Positions 24,216 through 37,139 are shown, counted from the stretch's first letter. The stretch: DNA of 44,471 nucleotides from Octopus bimaculoides (GCF_001194135.2 NC_068981.1:151504428-151548898); one strand, 5' to 3'. Program-made: numbers and translations. The notes: generated by a model from the sequence alone, not told the origin.

Positions 24216-24810
24216 ATTAATTATGTATGCGTCAGTGACATAGTTCATAGGAGTTTAGCTTTAAGGGTTCCGAGTTCATATCTGTAGTGGCGATAAGTGC
24301 ACATTCTTGGAATAACATATCTGATGATAACCGGCGGCCAAACCGATTGAAACGAACTATAGATGTTAACGAAGATAATAATTCGAAACATTTGAATGAC
24401 ACTTGTACATTTACTTAGTGTACCTCGTTTCAATACGACGGGAAGAATAATGAACTCCATACTTTGTCAGCGAGGCCACAATAATATTGAATCATTTCCG
24501 GAGTTACATCTTGTACTTGAGGAAATAACATAATATTAGCTATTATCTCATATTATTATTTTCCCTTTCTATATAATTATTTCTAATTAGCTTTTTAACA
24601 GTGACTTTATTAAAAATATTGACTCTTACTTAGGTTTTAGTTTGTTTGTTTGTTTTTTATGTAGCTGATGCATATAGCGACTTATGGTGGAAACTATACA
24701 ACATTGTTTTAAATATATATCATTCTAAACCAGGATATCAATTTGTTTTAGTAGATTTTAGCATACTCATAGAATTTCTCAAATAAATTCGTTACAAATG
24801 TAAAAAGTTT

Positions 24811-24866
24811 ATCATCATCATCGTCGTCGTCGTCGTCGTCATAACAACAACAACAACAACAACAAC

Positions 24867-24941
<75 letters not shown>

Positions 24942-24960
24942 TATTATTATTATTATTATT
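24811..24960. repeat. Compound microsatellite (CAT)(CGT)(CAA)(TAA)n flipping to (TTA)n
   Basis: Visible directly; source of the poly-Y/C/D ORF. Confidence 0.95.
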
Positions 24961-25198
24961 CACTGCGAAATACATAAGACGTGTTTTCAAACGCTCCAGG
25001 TTGTTGCAGCTTAAGACATTTATTTATACCTGTTTAGTGCTATTTTGCATTATTTCTCTTATTCCAAGTTGTCAATAGAAATGCCAGGAACCTGTTACTG
25101 GTTTTCTATGGTTGTTTAGCCCCTAGAGAGGCGGAAACTATACAACAAATAAGTTCGGTGGACGTTTAATTTAATTTAATCAAAACCAACTCAACAAG

Positions 25199-25523
25199 AT
25201 GGCGAAGGTGAGAAAAAGAAAACAGCCCCTCTCACGAATCTGGTGACTGCTGAAGATTCCCCCACTTCCCCCCGTTACGGGCAACAATACAGGAGAAGGG
25301 GAGGAGAAAATCGATACTGTAACAGTACAGCGTACACATCGTTACAGTAGTTACAGTAGTAGTAATAGCAGCACCAGTCGTAGCAGTGACCACAGCAGCA
25401 GCAACAGTGACAATAAGCAGCAGCCGTAGTAGTAGTGGTAGTGACAACACCGAAAGAGACAGCAACAGCAACAGCAGTAGCGATGACAACAACAGCAGCA
25501 ACAACAAAACCAACGCCAACAAC

Positions 25524-25557
<34 letters not shown>

Positions 25558-28101
25558 CCAACAACAACGAGATCATTACCAACAGCAAAAATACGTTCGC
25601 GGTAGCAGCAGCGAAAAAGACGTAACGTTTTTCTCTGGACCTCACAAATAGAGATAAAATGTTGACCCAGGCATGGAAACTGATTAAACAAGAAAACATT
25701 TGGACCAACCTAACTATTCCGGCAGAGGCAATTGAAGCAGTGGAGAAAAAGAACGATACTTTTCAGATGCATCTCAGCAGAGACGAAATGATCGGCCTTA
25801 ATAGTCCAAGTAGATACTGAGGCGGTGCTGAGATGCATCAGAGATGACATCGAGTACATAGCATAAGGGAAAACAATACGGTACCGTTTCGGTGCTGTTT
25901 AGGTCAGAAGCCCTCACTATGAAATATTCAATGACCCCTTGCAAAACCAGCAAATCATTATGTACCCCTTCTACATGGAGAAACGTACAGCACATGTCCG
26001 CATTCCTAAGATCCCACTAGGTCTTAATATGTGGTAGTTGCTGGGATGCGTAATTATGGAGGGGACGGCTACCGTCCCGATAGAGGTGACAAGAACTGCC
26101 AATGAGGACTGGTCCGGGGTTAACCTGGAGAGGCTTCTCTAGATCAGACCTAAAAACATTAAAAAATCCCGGACCAATCCGTCTCCAGAATGGGACGGTG
26201 ATTCACATAATGACTGAGGGCAAAATGCCACATTGTTTCGCTTGTGGAGAAACTACTCCTTTGCAAGTTCGTTTCGGCCAACTGGTAAAATGTGCAAGGG
26301 GTCAAAGGCCTCCACTGCTGTCTATGCCGGCACAGGACCACAAACAACACCAGCACTGGCAAAACCACTAGCAACAACACCAAATACATTAAACCACCCT
26401 AGAGGGAAACGAGAAAAGCTCTCCCGGTCCTTCACACCAAACAAAAATACACACATAAACAAGAATATAAACATACCCTCAAACAGAGACACACAGCATC
26501 ATCGTGATGGTGTCGGACACCTCAGAAATCGAGATGGTCGGCACATCATTGGAGGAATATGAAAAGTTGACTGCAGAAAAATTTAACACGGATAAGTCGG
26601 TGGGCTTGTAACTCGGCACCTGGAGAGGCAAGTTCATGCCGTCCAACAGCGTCGTTGGCGCTGGACAGACGGACCGATAAAGTTGCTCGGGGTTTGGTTT
26701 GAACCAGACCTCCAGGTGGATAAGAATTGGCACGAGGTGACGAGTAGGGTAACCAATCTCACCCTGAAATAGGCTACGAGGAAGCTGTCACTGAAAGGTC
26801 GGGCGGAGGTGGTGAATGCGTACATCGCTTCCGTCATCTACCACCGCTTGACCGTCGTACCTTGCCCCCGTTCGTTCCCGTCACCAAGTTAGAGCGCCTC
26901 CTCTTCAAATTCTTGTGGTGGGAACAGGTTTCATTGGTGAGATGGTCCATCTGCTGCTAACACCCTCAATGCAGAAGGCTGAGCATGCCGTGGCTAATAA
27001 TGCGCAGATAGGCGCTGAGGTTGCGTCATCTCCAGATATTCTGCCTAAACGGTGAACAGGTGTGGTCGACGTTTGTCAAACAGGCATTTCTCCAGCTCGT
27101 CTCTTCGACTGAGTTGCAGTCCTGAGTCAAGAAGACACCGAGGCAGGGTGACTGGCATCTGGAATGTTGCCAGGCATTCACTGCCCTCTACCAGTCGGGC
27201 AATGCGATTGGTGGAATATCCACTCTCGAATTCTATAGTGGGCTAGTGGAAGAAAAGAGCGATGACGCACTCGGAGAGACGCTAGGCGTCGACAAAGTCG
27301 AACTGATCAGTCTGTTCAGGACTTTCAAGCCGGGGACGATGAATAATTTCCAGAAATCCCTAGCCTGGCAGTGCTACCGGGTGGTTCTGTCGGTTTGAGA
27401 TAAACACTACAGGCACGGAAGTGCTGTCAGACAGACCTGCCAGAGATGCGCGCAGAGCTTGAAACCGTTCTACACGCAATATTCCAGTATCATTGCATTA
27501 CTGACTTGTGAAGTTATGTTGAACAGCTGTTATCACGTGTAGCACGGATCCGGCTATCGCCCGAGTCCATACGATCGATCCTCCGCCTTCCATTGGTCCA
27601 GAAGGGCAGGCAATTTTCCTCTGTCTGATAGTAGTAGCGAAAGAGGTTTTATGGTGGACCAAGTTTGAAAGGACTGAAGATTGACACTTTTCTCTTCGAC
27701 CAATCCCTCATCAACTTTTCCAGATTTCACTTGGAAAGGACGATGAGGGTGGAGAGAAAAGTGCTGCCTCCCATTACATTTGCTAAAAGATGGGTGAATG
27801 TAGCGAAAATGGACCTACTGTAATAATGCGCGCCTGTAGGCTAGTGAATTTGAGGAGAAGAAGGGTGCCCTTCCCGGATGCCCTCGAAGCGGCGAGTGTT
27901 TCAGGATTGGTAGGGTACCTGAGCCAACTTCAGGTGGTTACCCCACCTACTGGGGAACTTCCATTGTTATATTGTTATATTCTTCTTGTTTGATATTGTT
28001 ATTGTTTTAATTTTGTTCTCGTTGTTTTGTGTAAATTCCCCACTGTCCACGTCTACTGCATTGTCCCCTATATGTCAGCCCTGGTGGCCTATATATGAAA
28101 T
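25199..28101 (+). mobile_element. Decayed, internally deleted Tx1/L1-clade non-LTR retrotransposon
   Basis: ORF1 start AAGATGGCG and a decayed CCHC knuckle (GKMPHCFACGETT). At about 26495 it jumps to post-YADD RT sequence (IIVMVSDTSEIEMVGT...DKSVGL.LGTWRGK), followed by KLSLKGRAEVVNAYIASVIY, ERLLFKFLW and KRWVNVAKM, then a 3'UTR and (AAT)/(AAC) tail. Confidence 0.85.
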
Positions 28102-28116
28102 AATAATAATGATAAT

Positions 28117-28176
<60 letters not shown>

Positions 28177-28210
28177 AACAACAATAATAATAATAATAAT
28201 ACTGCTAACA

Positions 28211-30060
28211 ACTATAGACCGATCACTGGCTTACTATTAGTGTGGAAGCTGTTAACAGGAATGCTTTCAGAAAGTATTTAGGATTACCTTGACAACCAGA
28301 ATTTACTGCCAGAAGAACAGAAAGGTTGCAGGAAGAAGGCTAGAGGAACGCATGATCTATTATACATAGACAAACCAGTTTTAAACGAAGTAAAAGCAAG
28401 AAAGAAAAATCTAACAATAGCATGGAAAGCCTATGACATGATCCCACACTCATGGATAAATGAATGTTTGAGTATATTCAGTATAGGAAACGGCATAATA
28501 GAATTAATTAGCTTTAGCACGAAGAAAGTAGATCTATATTCAGATGACACACTCTTAAGGGAAGTTGATATCAAAAGAAGAATTCTCCAGAGGTCTCGTT
28601 GTCCTCTTTAATATTTGTTCTATGTTTGATCCCGCTAAGTCTAGTATGACGGAATGCAAAGGTAGGTATTAGTTCAGAAATTGTAATGGAAAAATTAACC
28701 ATTTGCTCTACATAGATGATCTGATGCTTTATAGTAAGAATGAAAAAGAGATAGATTCCTTACTACAGACTGTAAGACTTTTCAGCAAAGATATAGGCAT
28801 GGAATTTGGCATAGATAAGTGTGCAATATTAGTCAAGAGAAGGGGAAAGCTAGTCAACAGCGAAGGCATCCAGTTACCAGATGGCCAGACATTAGAATTG
28901 AAAGGAGAGAGTTATCTGAAAGTATTAGAATCTGACAGAGTACTAACTACAGAAATGAAAATGAAAATTGAGAAGGATAACATCAGAAGTGTGAGGAAGC
29001 TAATGAAATCAAAGCTAAATAGTTCGAATCTAGTGAAGACTGTAAATACTTAGGCAGTATCATTACTTAGATACTCAGCAGCTTTTGTAGACTTCACAAA
29101 AACTGAATTAGCAAAGCTAGACAGAAGAACTAAGATGGAATTCAAAACGAATGGAGGACACTACCCAAGGGCAGGAGTAGCAAGATTATACCTACTTAGA
29201 AAGGAAGGTGGAAGATCGTTAATATCAGTGGAAGACTGCGTGGAGTTAGCTATAGTAGATATAGACACCTATGTAGGTAATAGTGAAGAAAGTTTATTAA
29301 AAGCTGCTAGAGTCACAGCAAGACAGAGAAACCAAAGCACCAAACGAATTTAAAAAGCAGAAAAAAGAAAATAAATTATCTGACTGGCAAGAGAAAGCAT
29401 TGCATAGTAGATTCCCAAAAATAGTTTTAGCAAATAGTTGTAGTGAGACATGGTTATGGCTGCAGAAGGGAAAGCTGAAGAGGGAGACAGAACGTTTGTT
29501 AGTCGCTGCACAAGATCAAGCGTTAAGGATTATTCGGATAAAAGCCAAAATAGACAAAAACCAAGTAGATTCGCAATGTAATTTCTGCAAATCAAAAGAG
29601 GAAAGCGTTACTCAAAGTAAGTGAATGTAGCATGCTGGCACAGAAAGAATACGAAAATAAGACATGACAACCTAGGGAGTGTATTCCACTGGAGCTATGT
29701 AGAAAGCTAGGATGTGAACATACTTATAAATTGTATGAACATGAACCTAATAAAGTAGTAGAATGTAAGAAATATAAGATGTGGGACTTTAACATTCAGA
29801 CTGACAAAGGAATATAAGCTAGAAGGCCTGATTTAGTAGTAGAAGAGAAAGAGAATAGAAAGTGCCAGATAATTGACTCTACTGTCCCAAATGGTGAAAA
29901 AATTAATACGTGAAGAATAGAAAAAGTAGCAAAGTACCAGGACCTTGATATTAAATTACAGAAGCTATGGAAAGTGCGAGTAAAATGTATCCCAGTAGTT
30001 ATAGGTGTATTGGGAACTATCCCTAAAGATCTGAACATATGGATAGAGGAAATAGTTATA
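28211..30060 (+). mobile_element. Decayed R4/Dong-like LINE (RT, CCHC and RLE domains)
   Basis: NYRPITGL...EEQKGCRK, KAYDMIPHSW, HLLYIDDLMLY...DIGMEFGIDKC, QDQAL...CNFCKSKEES, ARRPDLVV...IIDSTVP, KYQDL...IPVVIGVLGTIPK; many stops and frameshifts. Confidence 0.92.
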
Positions 30061-30196
30061 ACCCAGTTTATATATATATATAAGATCTAAAAGTAACCGT
30101 GCTTTACCAGTAAGCTTCCAGGTGTAAACCGTTCGTTTTATTATCCATTATATATTATTTACACCGTTGGTGACGTCCTGTATCCATATATGCATG

Positions 30197-30236
<40 letters not shown>

Positions 30237-30641
30237 TATACATATATACACTCATACATACATACATACATACATACCTACATACATACATACATACATA
30301 CATACATACATACATACAAAATACTGTAATTCCTGATTGCAATGACTTGCCTCAGAATATCTTCTGGGATGGATCATTGTTGGCGTTTTCAATATTATTT
30401 GTAAATATGATTGGAATGGGGGTTTTTATATCAAAATTCCAGCTATAATCTAAAATGAAAATATTTTGCTGCAGGCTAGTATAATCAGAAATGTCGATAT
30501 AGTTATTTATAAGAATTTATATCATAGAATCAAATAAATATACTTATACACAAAGATACATACATACATACATACATACATACATACATGCATGCATACA
30601 TACATAGATACATACATACATACATACATACATACATACAT

Positions 30642-30712
<71 letters not shown>

Positions 30713-31200
30713 AAGTCATACATATATTCATGTAATTATATTCATATTTCTGTTTGGCTTCATATTCCCCAACTCTGATGATATTTAATATACATAAAGA
30801 AGCATAATATTTTAAACATGTGATCTAACAAGGTGATAGTTGCAAATCTGTGCAGTAGAATATCTTTTAAGAGAAGTTTGTGGTATTACAAAGCGGTAAT
30901 ATTTTGAATCATCGGAAATCCATTGTGCATAAATACCTGCTTATTTAAATATTCTCAAACAATTGTTTACACACAATCTCCCTTTTCAAATTACAAGATT
31001 TGCACAATGTGTGGTTTACGAAAGATTAGAGTATTGGGGGATTTGAGGATTGTATCTTCAGAATTATTCATTGTATTTTATATAACTAGCATGTAAAGGT
31101 TATAATGAATAACACCCGGAGGAGGTGACAGCTGCGGTATTACCAGGAAGACAGTTAATTTATCCAGAATAGTAGTACAAATCTTTATTTTAAATATCAT

Positions 31201-31409
31201 ATTGGTTTCAAATGAGTTCAGCAATCTGTTGGATAGAGTAAGTCGATTACATCGACCTCTCAGTGCTCAAATGGTACTTATTTCACCGACTGTAAAGGAC
31301 GAAGGACAAAGTCGACCTCGGCGGAATTTGAATTCAGAACGAACAGACTGTCGAAATTCCATTAATCATTTTGCCCAGCATACTAACGATTATACCAGCT
31401 CGCCGCCTT
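31201..31409 (-). mobile_element. Nin-type tRNA SINE
   Basis: AAGTCGATTACATCGAC...AAAGTCGACCTCGGCGGAATTTGAATTCAGAACG...CCAGCTCGCCGCC is the reverse complement of the 32186/33433 family. Confidence 0.85.
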
Positions 31410-32185
31410 TATGTGAAATATCATACTGAACATAAAAAATAAAATCTCAGTCAGCAGTATTAAAATATTATACATTCAAAGACCAGAGTAAACAAAAACG
31501 TCTTGACCCTGTCACACTGTGCTCTCACTTTAGCGAGATTAAGTTTAATGTTATCTTTGCTGGATCCCTTGTAATGTTGTAACGAACAATACATGTAAAC
31601 AAAGAAGATGCAGCCGATTCTGTTCATTAGTTTGCCTGCAATCGTTGCCCCTGGTATTCATATGCAACTATTTATTTCTTGTTCAAGAGCCCAGATTGAG
31701 AGCAAAGTCAGAATTCAGATGCCTAGGTTTGAATATGACATTTTACAAACGTTGAAAAGACAATGCACATGTCTGTAATATTTGATCTTTGTGTATCTAA
31801 AATCAAACACTGAAGTTTACATTATGCGTGATTAAATCTCAAACAGAAGAATGTATTAAGAAGAATCTATTAACATGTTAGAAGACACATTTATATGTCA
31901 CTTTATCATAGCTGAATAGATTATAATTTATTGTGAAAAACTTCTATTGTGTCAACAATTTATAGTCTTTGGCCTTTCTTATTTCTAGAACTTAAAGACG
32001 TCGATCACTAAAAATGTTTAAATTATATTTTATGCAACGCGGCTTTTATGAAGTAAAACATGTCCAAATAATTACATACATATAATATTCGTAATCAGTA
32101 GCATTCAAGTACTTAAGTGTATTTTTGGTGCAGATACGGTTTTCTGGTACAGAAAACCTCTTCGAATTCACGAGGTCTCGATTTC

Positions 32186-33613
32186 GGCGCGCTAGCAGAA
32201 ACGTTAGCACGCCAGGTGAAATGCTTAGAGGTGAGGTTTGCCACCATAAAAGAGGCAACAAAGCATGCGACCACCATTTTAAAAACACAAAAAAATAGCA
32301 TTACTACCAAGTTATAGAGGAAGAAGTGTGAGAATAAGAATTCCGAGAGTGCCACCAGAAATTAAACCGGAGTGATTGGTTGCGACAGTTCTGGCTGCAA
32401 CCAAGGAGGATCCAGAATTGGGACCAGTGGCGGAAACAAAAGTGCGCAACTGGTGGGGATTCGGATTCGAAATGTGGCTTTTTGCCACATTCGAGGACAT
32501 ATAAAAAAATTCCCTGCCAGATAGAAGTGGAGGACGAGAGGACATTAAATGTTGTAGTCGAGGGAAGAAAACCAAATTGTTACATTTGCGGGGAGAGAGG
32601 CCATATGAAGACCATATGCCCCCTATATGAGTTCACACAGCCGCAGCAAGAGTAAACACAAGCAAAGGAGGAACACATTGTAGACCACACTGAGGAAATT
32701 AAAGAGAGACAGAAGTATGAAACAGAGAAAACAAAGAAGAAGAACGAAAATGGGGCTACTAACCCTAAAGAGCGAAAGAAAAATAAGTCAAAGGAATGGT
32801 CAACAGAGAACAAAAAGTGATAGGAAAGCCAGAAACTAATAATGTACAAGGAGAGGAGGAGAGAACGGATAAAGATGTCAAATACAAGGGGATTTTGATA
32901 AAATACGAGAAGAATGAGCAGATGGACAGAAATATCGCAAAGTTGGAGGATATAACAAGAGTGAAGATTCTGGAAACCTGTGCTGAGAAATGCATTTTGA
33001 GGAAAACTACTGGGAGTACATAAAAGAATTTGATAAGAATGTAAGAACGAAACGGGTTTGGTTGGTGGAGACATCACCCCCTAGAACTGATTATTTACAG
33101 TTGATAAAGACGGAAGTAACAGTGATTAATTGGAGAAAAGTAACGAGAATATTTCAATTTTTCGAGTTGCAAAACTGTTAAAATGTATGCATGAAGTTTA
33201 AATAAAAGTGAAAAACTGGGTAAATGTAACCACCCGACTTCGGGGGTCGATTGGACATTGCGCCTCATTTTCATTCTTGCATATTATCATTTATTTTAAT
33301 TTTCTTTTACTATTATCATTCACTTTTGTAATTTTTAGTTCCCCGATTTTATGTTTGTTGCGTTTGTACTGTCTTTATGTTTTGTGATGTCTTAAAAACT
33401 CTTTGTAAAGCCTTTTTGAGTAATAAAGAAATCGGTATTTCGTCTGCTGCAACGTTCTGAGTTCAAAGTCCGCCGAGGTCGACTTTGTCTTTCATCCTTT
33501 CGGGGTCGATGAATTACAAGTTATGCACTGGGGTCGATGTAATCGACTGAAACCCTTTGTCTGTCCTTGTTTGTCCCCTCTATGTTTAGCACCCTGTGGA
33601 CATTAAAGAAATA
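32186..33613 (+). mobile_element. Nin-type tRNA SINE split into 32186-32232 and 33433-33613 by an insertion
   Basis: 5' part GCTAGCAGAAACGTTAGCACGCCAGGTGAAATGCTTAGAGGT resumes as CGGTATTTCGTCTGCTGCAACGTTCTGAGTTCAAAGTCCGCCGAGGTCGAC; continuity is confirmed by the intact copy at 31201-31409. Confidence 0.85.
32233..33432 (+). mobile_element. 5'-truncated ORF1-only (HAL1-like) Tx1/L1 derivative inserted in the SINE
   Basis: Gag-like knuckle TLNVVVEGRKPNCYICGERGHMKTICP (CX2CX4HX4C), a K/E-rich tail, a short ORF2 C-terminal remnant KNWVNVTTRL (about 33213-33242), a T-rich 3'UTR and AATAAAGAAAT. No EN or RT motifs. Confidence 0.75.
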
Positions 33614-34329
33614 ATTATTATGTGTGTGTTTGACACGTTGGGCAAATTTATACAACAATATCATGGAAGTTGAAGTCTCGATGTTTTGGGCGCAACAATT
33701 TGCGTACATAACAGGAGTCAAAGTTTATAGATTTTAAAAAACCAAACAGTGATAGTGACCACTTTTAAAACGTTGTGCAATATATTGTACAGAATGTACA
33801 TTATAGTGTATACAGAATAATGTGCATATCTTCGAACCTACAGTCTTATGTTCAGCTTCTAGTCAGCGTACATAGTGAAATCTTCTGTCTTGAATTTAAA
33901 TAATAAACTTCATATATTACAGACCTGTACATTATCGCCTTCAGCGCTGTTAAAATTTCGTATTGGGCGGAATGCCAGAAATATAACAATGTCTGTGCGT
34001 GTCGGTCTTCAATTAGACAATATTTCAATACTGCTAAATATGATCGAATTTCACTTCACTATTTTATATATTTCAAATTAAAATCCATGCTACCGTTGTG
34101 GATGAATTAATTCTTTTCCTGGCAATATCACAGCTGTCGGCTATGCAGACTATTATACACAACAGCGATAATTATATTTACACATATTTTTCGATCCAAG
34201 TGAACTATTCTGAAGAGACTTATAATCCTCTTATACCCGATCCTATAAAATATCTTAAACTATACGTTACGCAAATCTTGCAAGCGAAAAAGAAAAAAAG
34301 AGGTTGTATAGAAACAGTAATTAGAGGAT

Positions 34330-35450
34330 AATTGTATGTAACAGATATTTTTCTACATCGGATTTTCAACGATTTAAAATATATTCTTGTTGTAGGAAAT
34401 TTCTCTTAACATATTTTGAAAAAGCCTTTTGGGTCATATATTCTGAATCGCATTTTTATGCGTAGAATATCAGCAGATTTGGCAGATATGAAGCAAACGT
34501 AAAATCTTGACTACAACTTGGGAATCAGAAACAACGTAGGTAATTGTTTCTGTCGGATCTGCTATATAGTTGGTTACTACTCCGCATTGGATTATTCTGT
34601 AGTTGAATATATTCTGCTTTAATACATATTCTGGAGTTAGTTAATGTATTCTTGTCGAGTTAATGATTTAGAAGTTTCCTTAAGAAAAGCCTTTGATTCT
34701 GTTATCTGTCAAGAATCTTACTGTATCAGCTTTCAGTTTTGTGCTTCTCTGCTAGGGCTGCAATTTTTATTTGTGTAGTTTCAAACAGTTCACTTATTTC
34801 AGGTATTAGGCTTGGGGATGCTTTTATCGAGATCGTTTTAATGTGCCATTTTGTTTAATGTGGCATTTTACTTGGTATTTAACCTTTTCATAATTGTTGT
34901 TTATTTTTACAAAAGCCTATCACTGCCTTTTGTTTTGTATTTGCCGATTTCATTGAAATTTATTTTCTTCGTGTTTTATCGCTATGTGTATAAGTGTCCT
35001 ATTGTTATTTACTAGCTATTTTAGTAGAGGCTTTAGTAGTATTTCTACAGTAGTTTTAAAATTTTGTGTATTCACAATACATATAATTCCTATATCCTGG
35101 ATTTTGGGTAGTATATGCTAAATGTTGACGTTCTTTTAGTTTCGTTAATTAATTGTTGATCCAATAAAAAATATTATTGGGGTAGTGAGTTAATGGTTAT
35201 TGCTTTATTGCTTTATTGTTTGGATTTAGCTCTGTCTGTTTTCGATATTAATCTCGTGATTTGTCGTATCGGCATTTTCTTGCGTTTTTCTAAGTCATAT
35301 CCTGTCTGGTTCATTATTTCGTAAATAATTTGTATTTTTAAATCCGTGTTTGGTCTAATTCTTTTATATTGGTTTCTTTATCTAAAATTTATCTAACATC
35401 TATCTGTCGTTTATGTTCATTTTCTCTCTTCATTATAGATTTTTAAGATT
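34330..35450 (-). mobile_element. Possible heavily decayed Penelope-like RT region
   Basis: Strong strand asymmetry (A-rich on minus). Weak motifs ASYLPNL/ADI and SKYVKRNF resemble GSPLSP.LADI and RYVDDIF. Confidence 0.3.
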
Positions 35451-37139
35451 TTTTTAAATTTTGCAAATATGTGTACTATCTGTAGCAGTGTTTTTTTGTG
35501 TTTGTCATCTTAGCGTACAATCCGAATTCAGTGGCATGCAAAAGATAGTTGGCTGATCTGTCGTAGCATTTATATCTGAATCCAGAATCATTTAACCATG
35601 TTAGCACTATGTAGAAAATATCACCACCGTCTTTGTCGTCGTCATCACCACCACTACCGCCACTACTGTCATCGTCATCATCATCATGTTTATGATTAGT
35701 TCTACTATGAAAATGCAATTTAGGAGACATAACGGGATTAGCTTTATTTCTGGTTGATTACACACACATTCTTCTACTATATTGTTAAACCTTATCAACG
35801 ATATATTTGGCTGGGCTTATACTGTTAACGTAGTTTTCTCACATATAAAGAGACAATGCATTCTCTGCTCTTTGAACAGTTATGTCCCGATCAAAGTAAC
35901 ATATGAGATCCGTATCAAACAGAAAAATAACCATCAGGCTGTAATACAAATAAAGGAATATTAGCGTAGTCTATAACAGAGGCACATATTCCGCATATGT
36001 ATCTGATAAGACTTAATAGAAATCTTGTTTTGAAAACTTATGAATACTGTTAAATAACTTTTAACATGTCGTTTCATAAGAAATAAGAAAGCAAGATGTA
36101 ACCTCTACTATAGGTGTTGCCTTTTCAGTGATTTGCTTGAGTTTTTGCAATCTATCTCGTTACCTAAACGCAATTTAATCGCTGTAGTTATTTTTCATAA
36201 TATGTATGTAATAATGTCTTCTACTATATGGCTGTTGTATTTTCTGTCGGTGGTCATCCGATCGCTCATATGACCTTCTTTAGCCGACATTTTAAACACT
36301 TCAATTATCTTGGAAATGCATAATGCCTCATACTAGAAATGTGCTTCAAATAAATACATCAATGTCATAAACTTTCGAAATCAACTTGTAAAGAGATGTT
36401 TTCTAATTGACAGACTTAAAATCGTTTAAGATATGCTGAATCAAATCAAGGAGATCTCTTCAATACACCAAGTAAAATGTGAATGTTCGCGCACAGAACG
36501 CGTACAAAATTATTGCTATAATTTTGCTATAATTTTGTTCGAAATACAAACAATTTATCGATATGTCTCGGTATGTACAGTATGTATTGGTGAGATTTCG
36601 GATTGCAGCTACACAAAATAACCAAACAGGTGTAACCTTGCTTATGATGGGAACTAAATCAATATTCTATCATCAATATTTCTTAATCAATATTAATTAA
36701 TACTCCATATCTAAAATCTGTATCAAATAAAGACTGTATTGTTATAGATTTTCGCTATCGATCCACAATGATATTGCTTCTAATCAATTTTTTTATGAAC
36801 AAGCAAAGAACCTAAATCTTCTGTTTGTTTAACTCCAAATTGTGCTATTGAGTTATTCGTGGGTTTTTTTCTTAAAATTTCAGATCAGAAGGTTATTCTT
36901 TACTTTATATTGAATCTTTATTTCAACAGGTTAGTCAGATGAAGGAGGTCAGAATCGACGACCATTTACAGAGTCAACGAGAATGGTAGGGAGACATGAG
37001 ACATGGTCCGAACGCTTGCAGTAGAGTGTTCTCCTCTAAAGGCAGCTAAACATTAGGTGGTGATGTTATTAAACCTGATGTCAGAGTAAATCTTCCATTT
37101 AAGAGCTTTCCCTTCAAAGACCTTCTACTCAGTTTTCTT

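Noticed and set aside
24689-25147. 15-bp direct repeat GGAAACTATACAACA at 24689 and 25133 as a possible TSD
   Set aside because: The enclosed sequence has no recognisable element ends; chance or a small local duplication cannot be excluded.
25275-25708. Hydrophobic poly-L/V/A ORFs resembling membrane proteins
   Set aside because: Antisense readings of the trinucleotide-repeat region at the start of the Tx1 ORF1.
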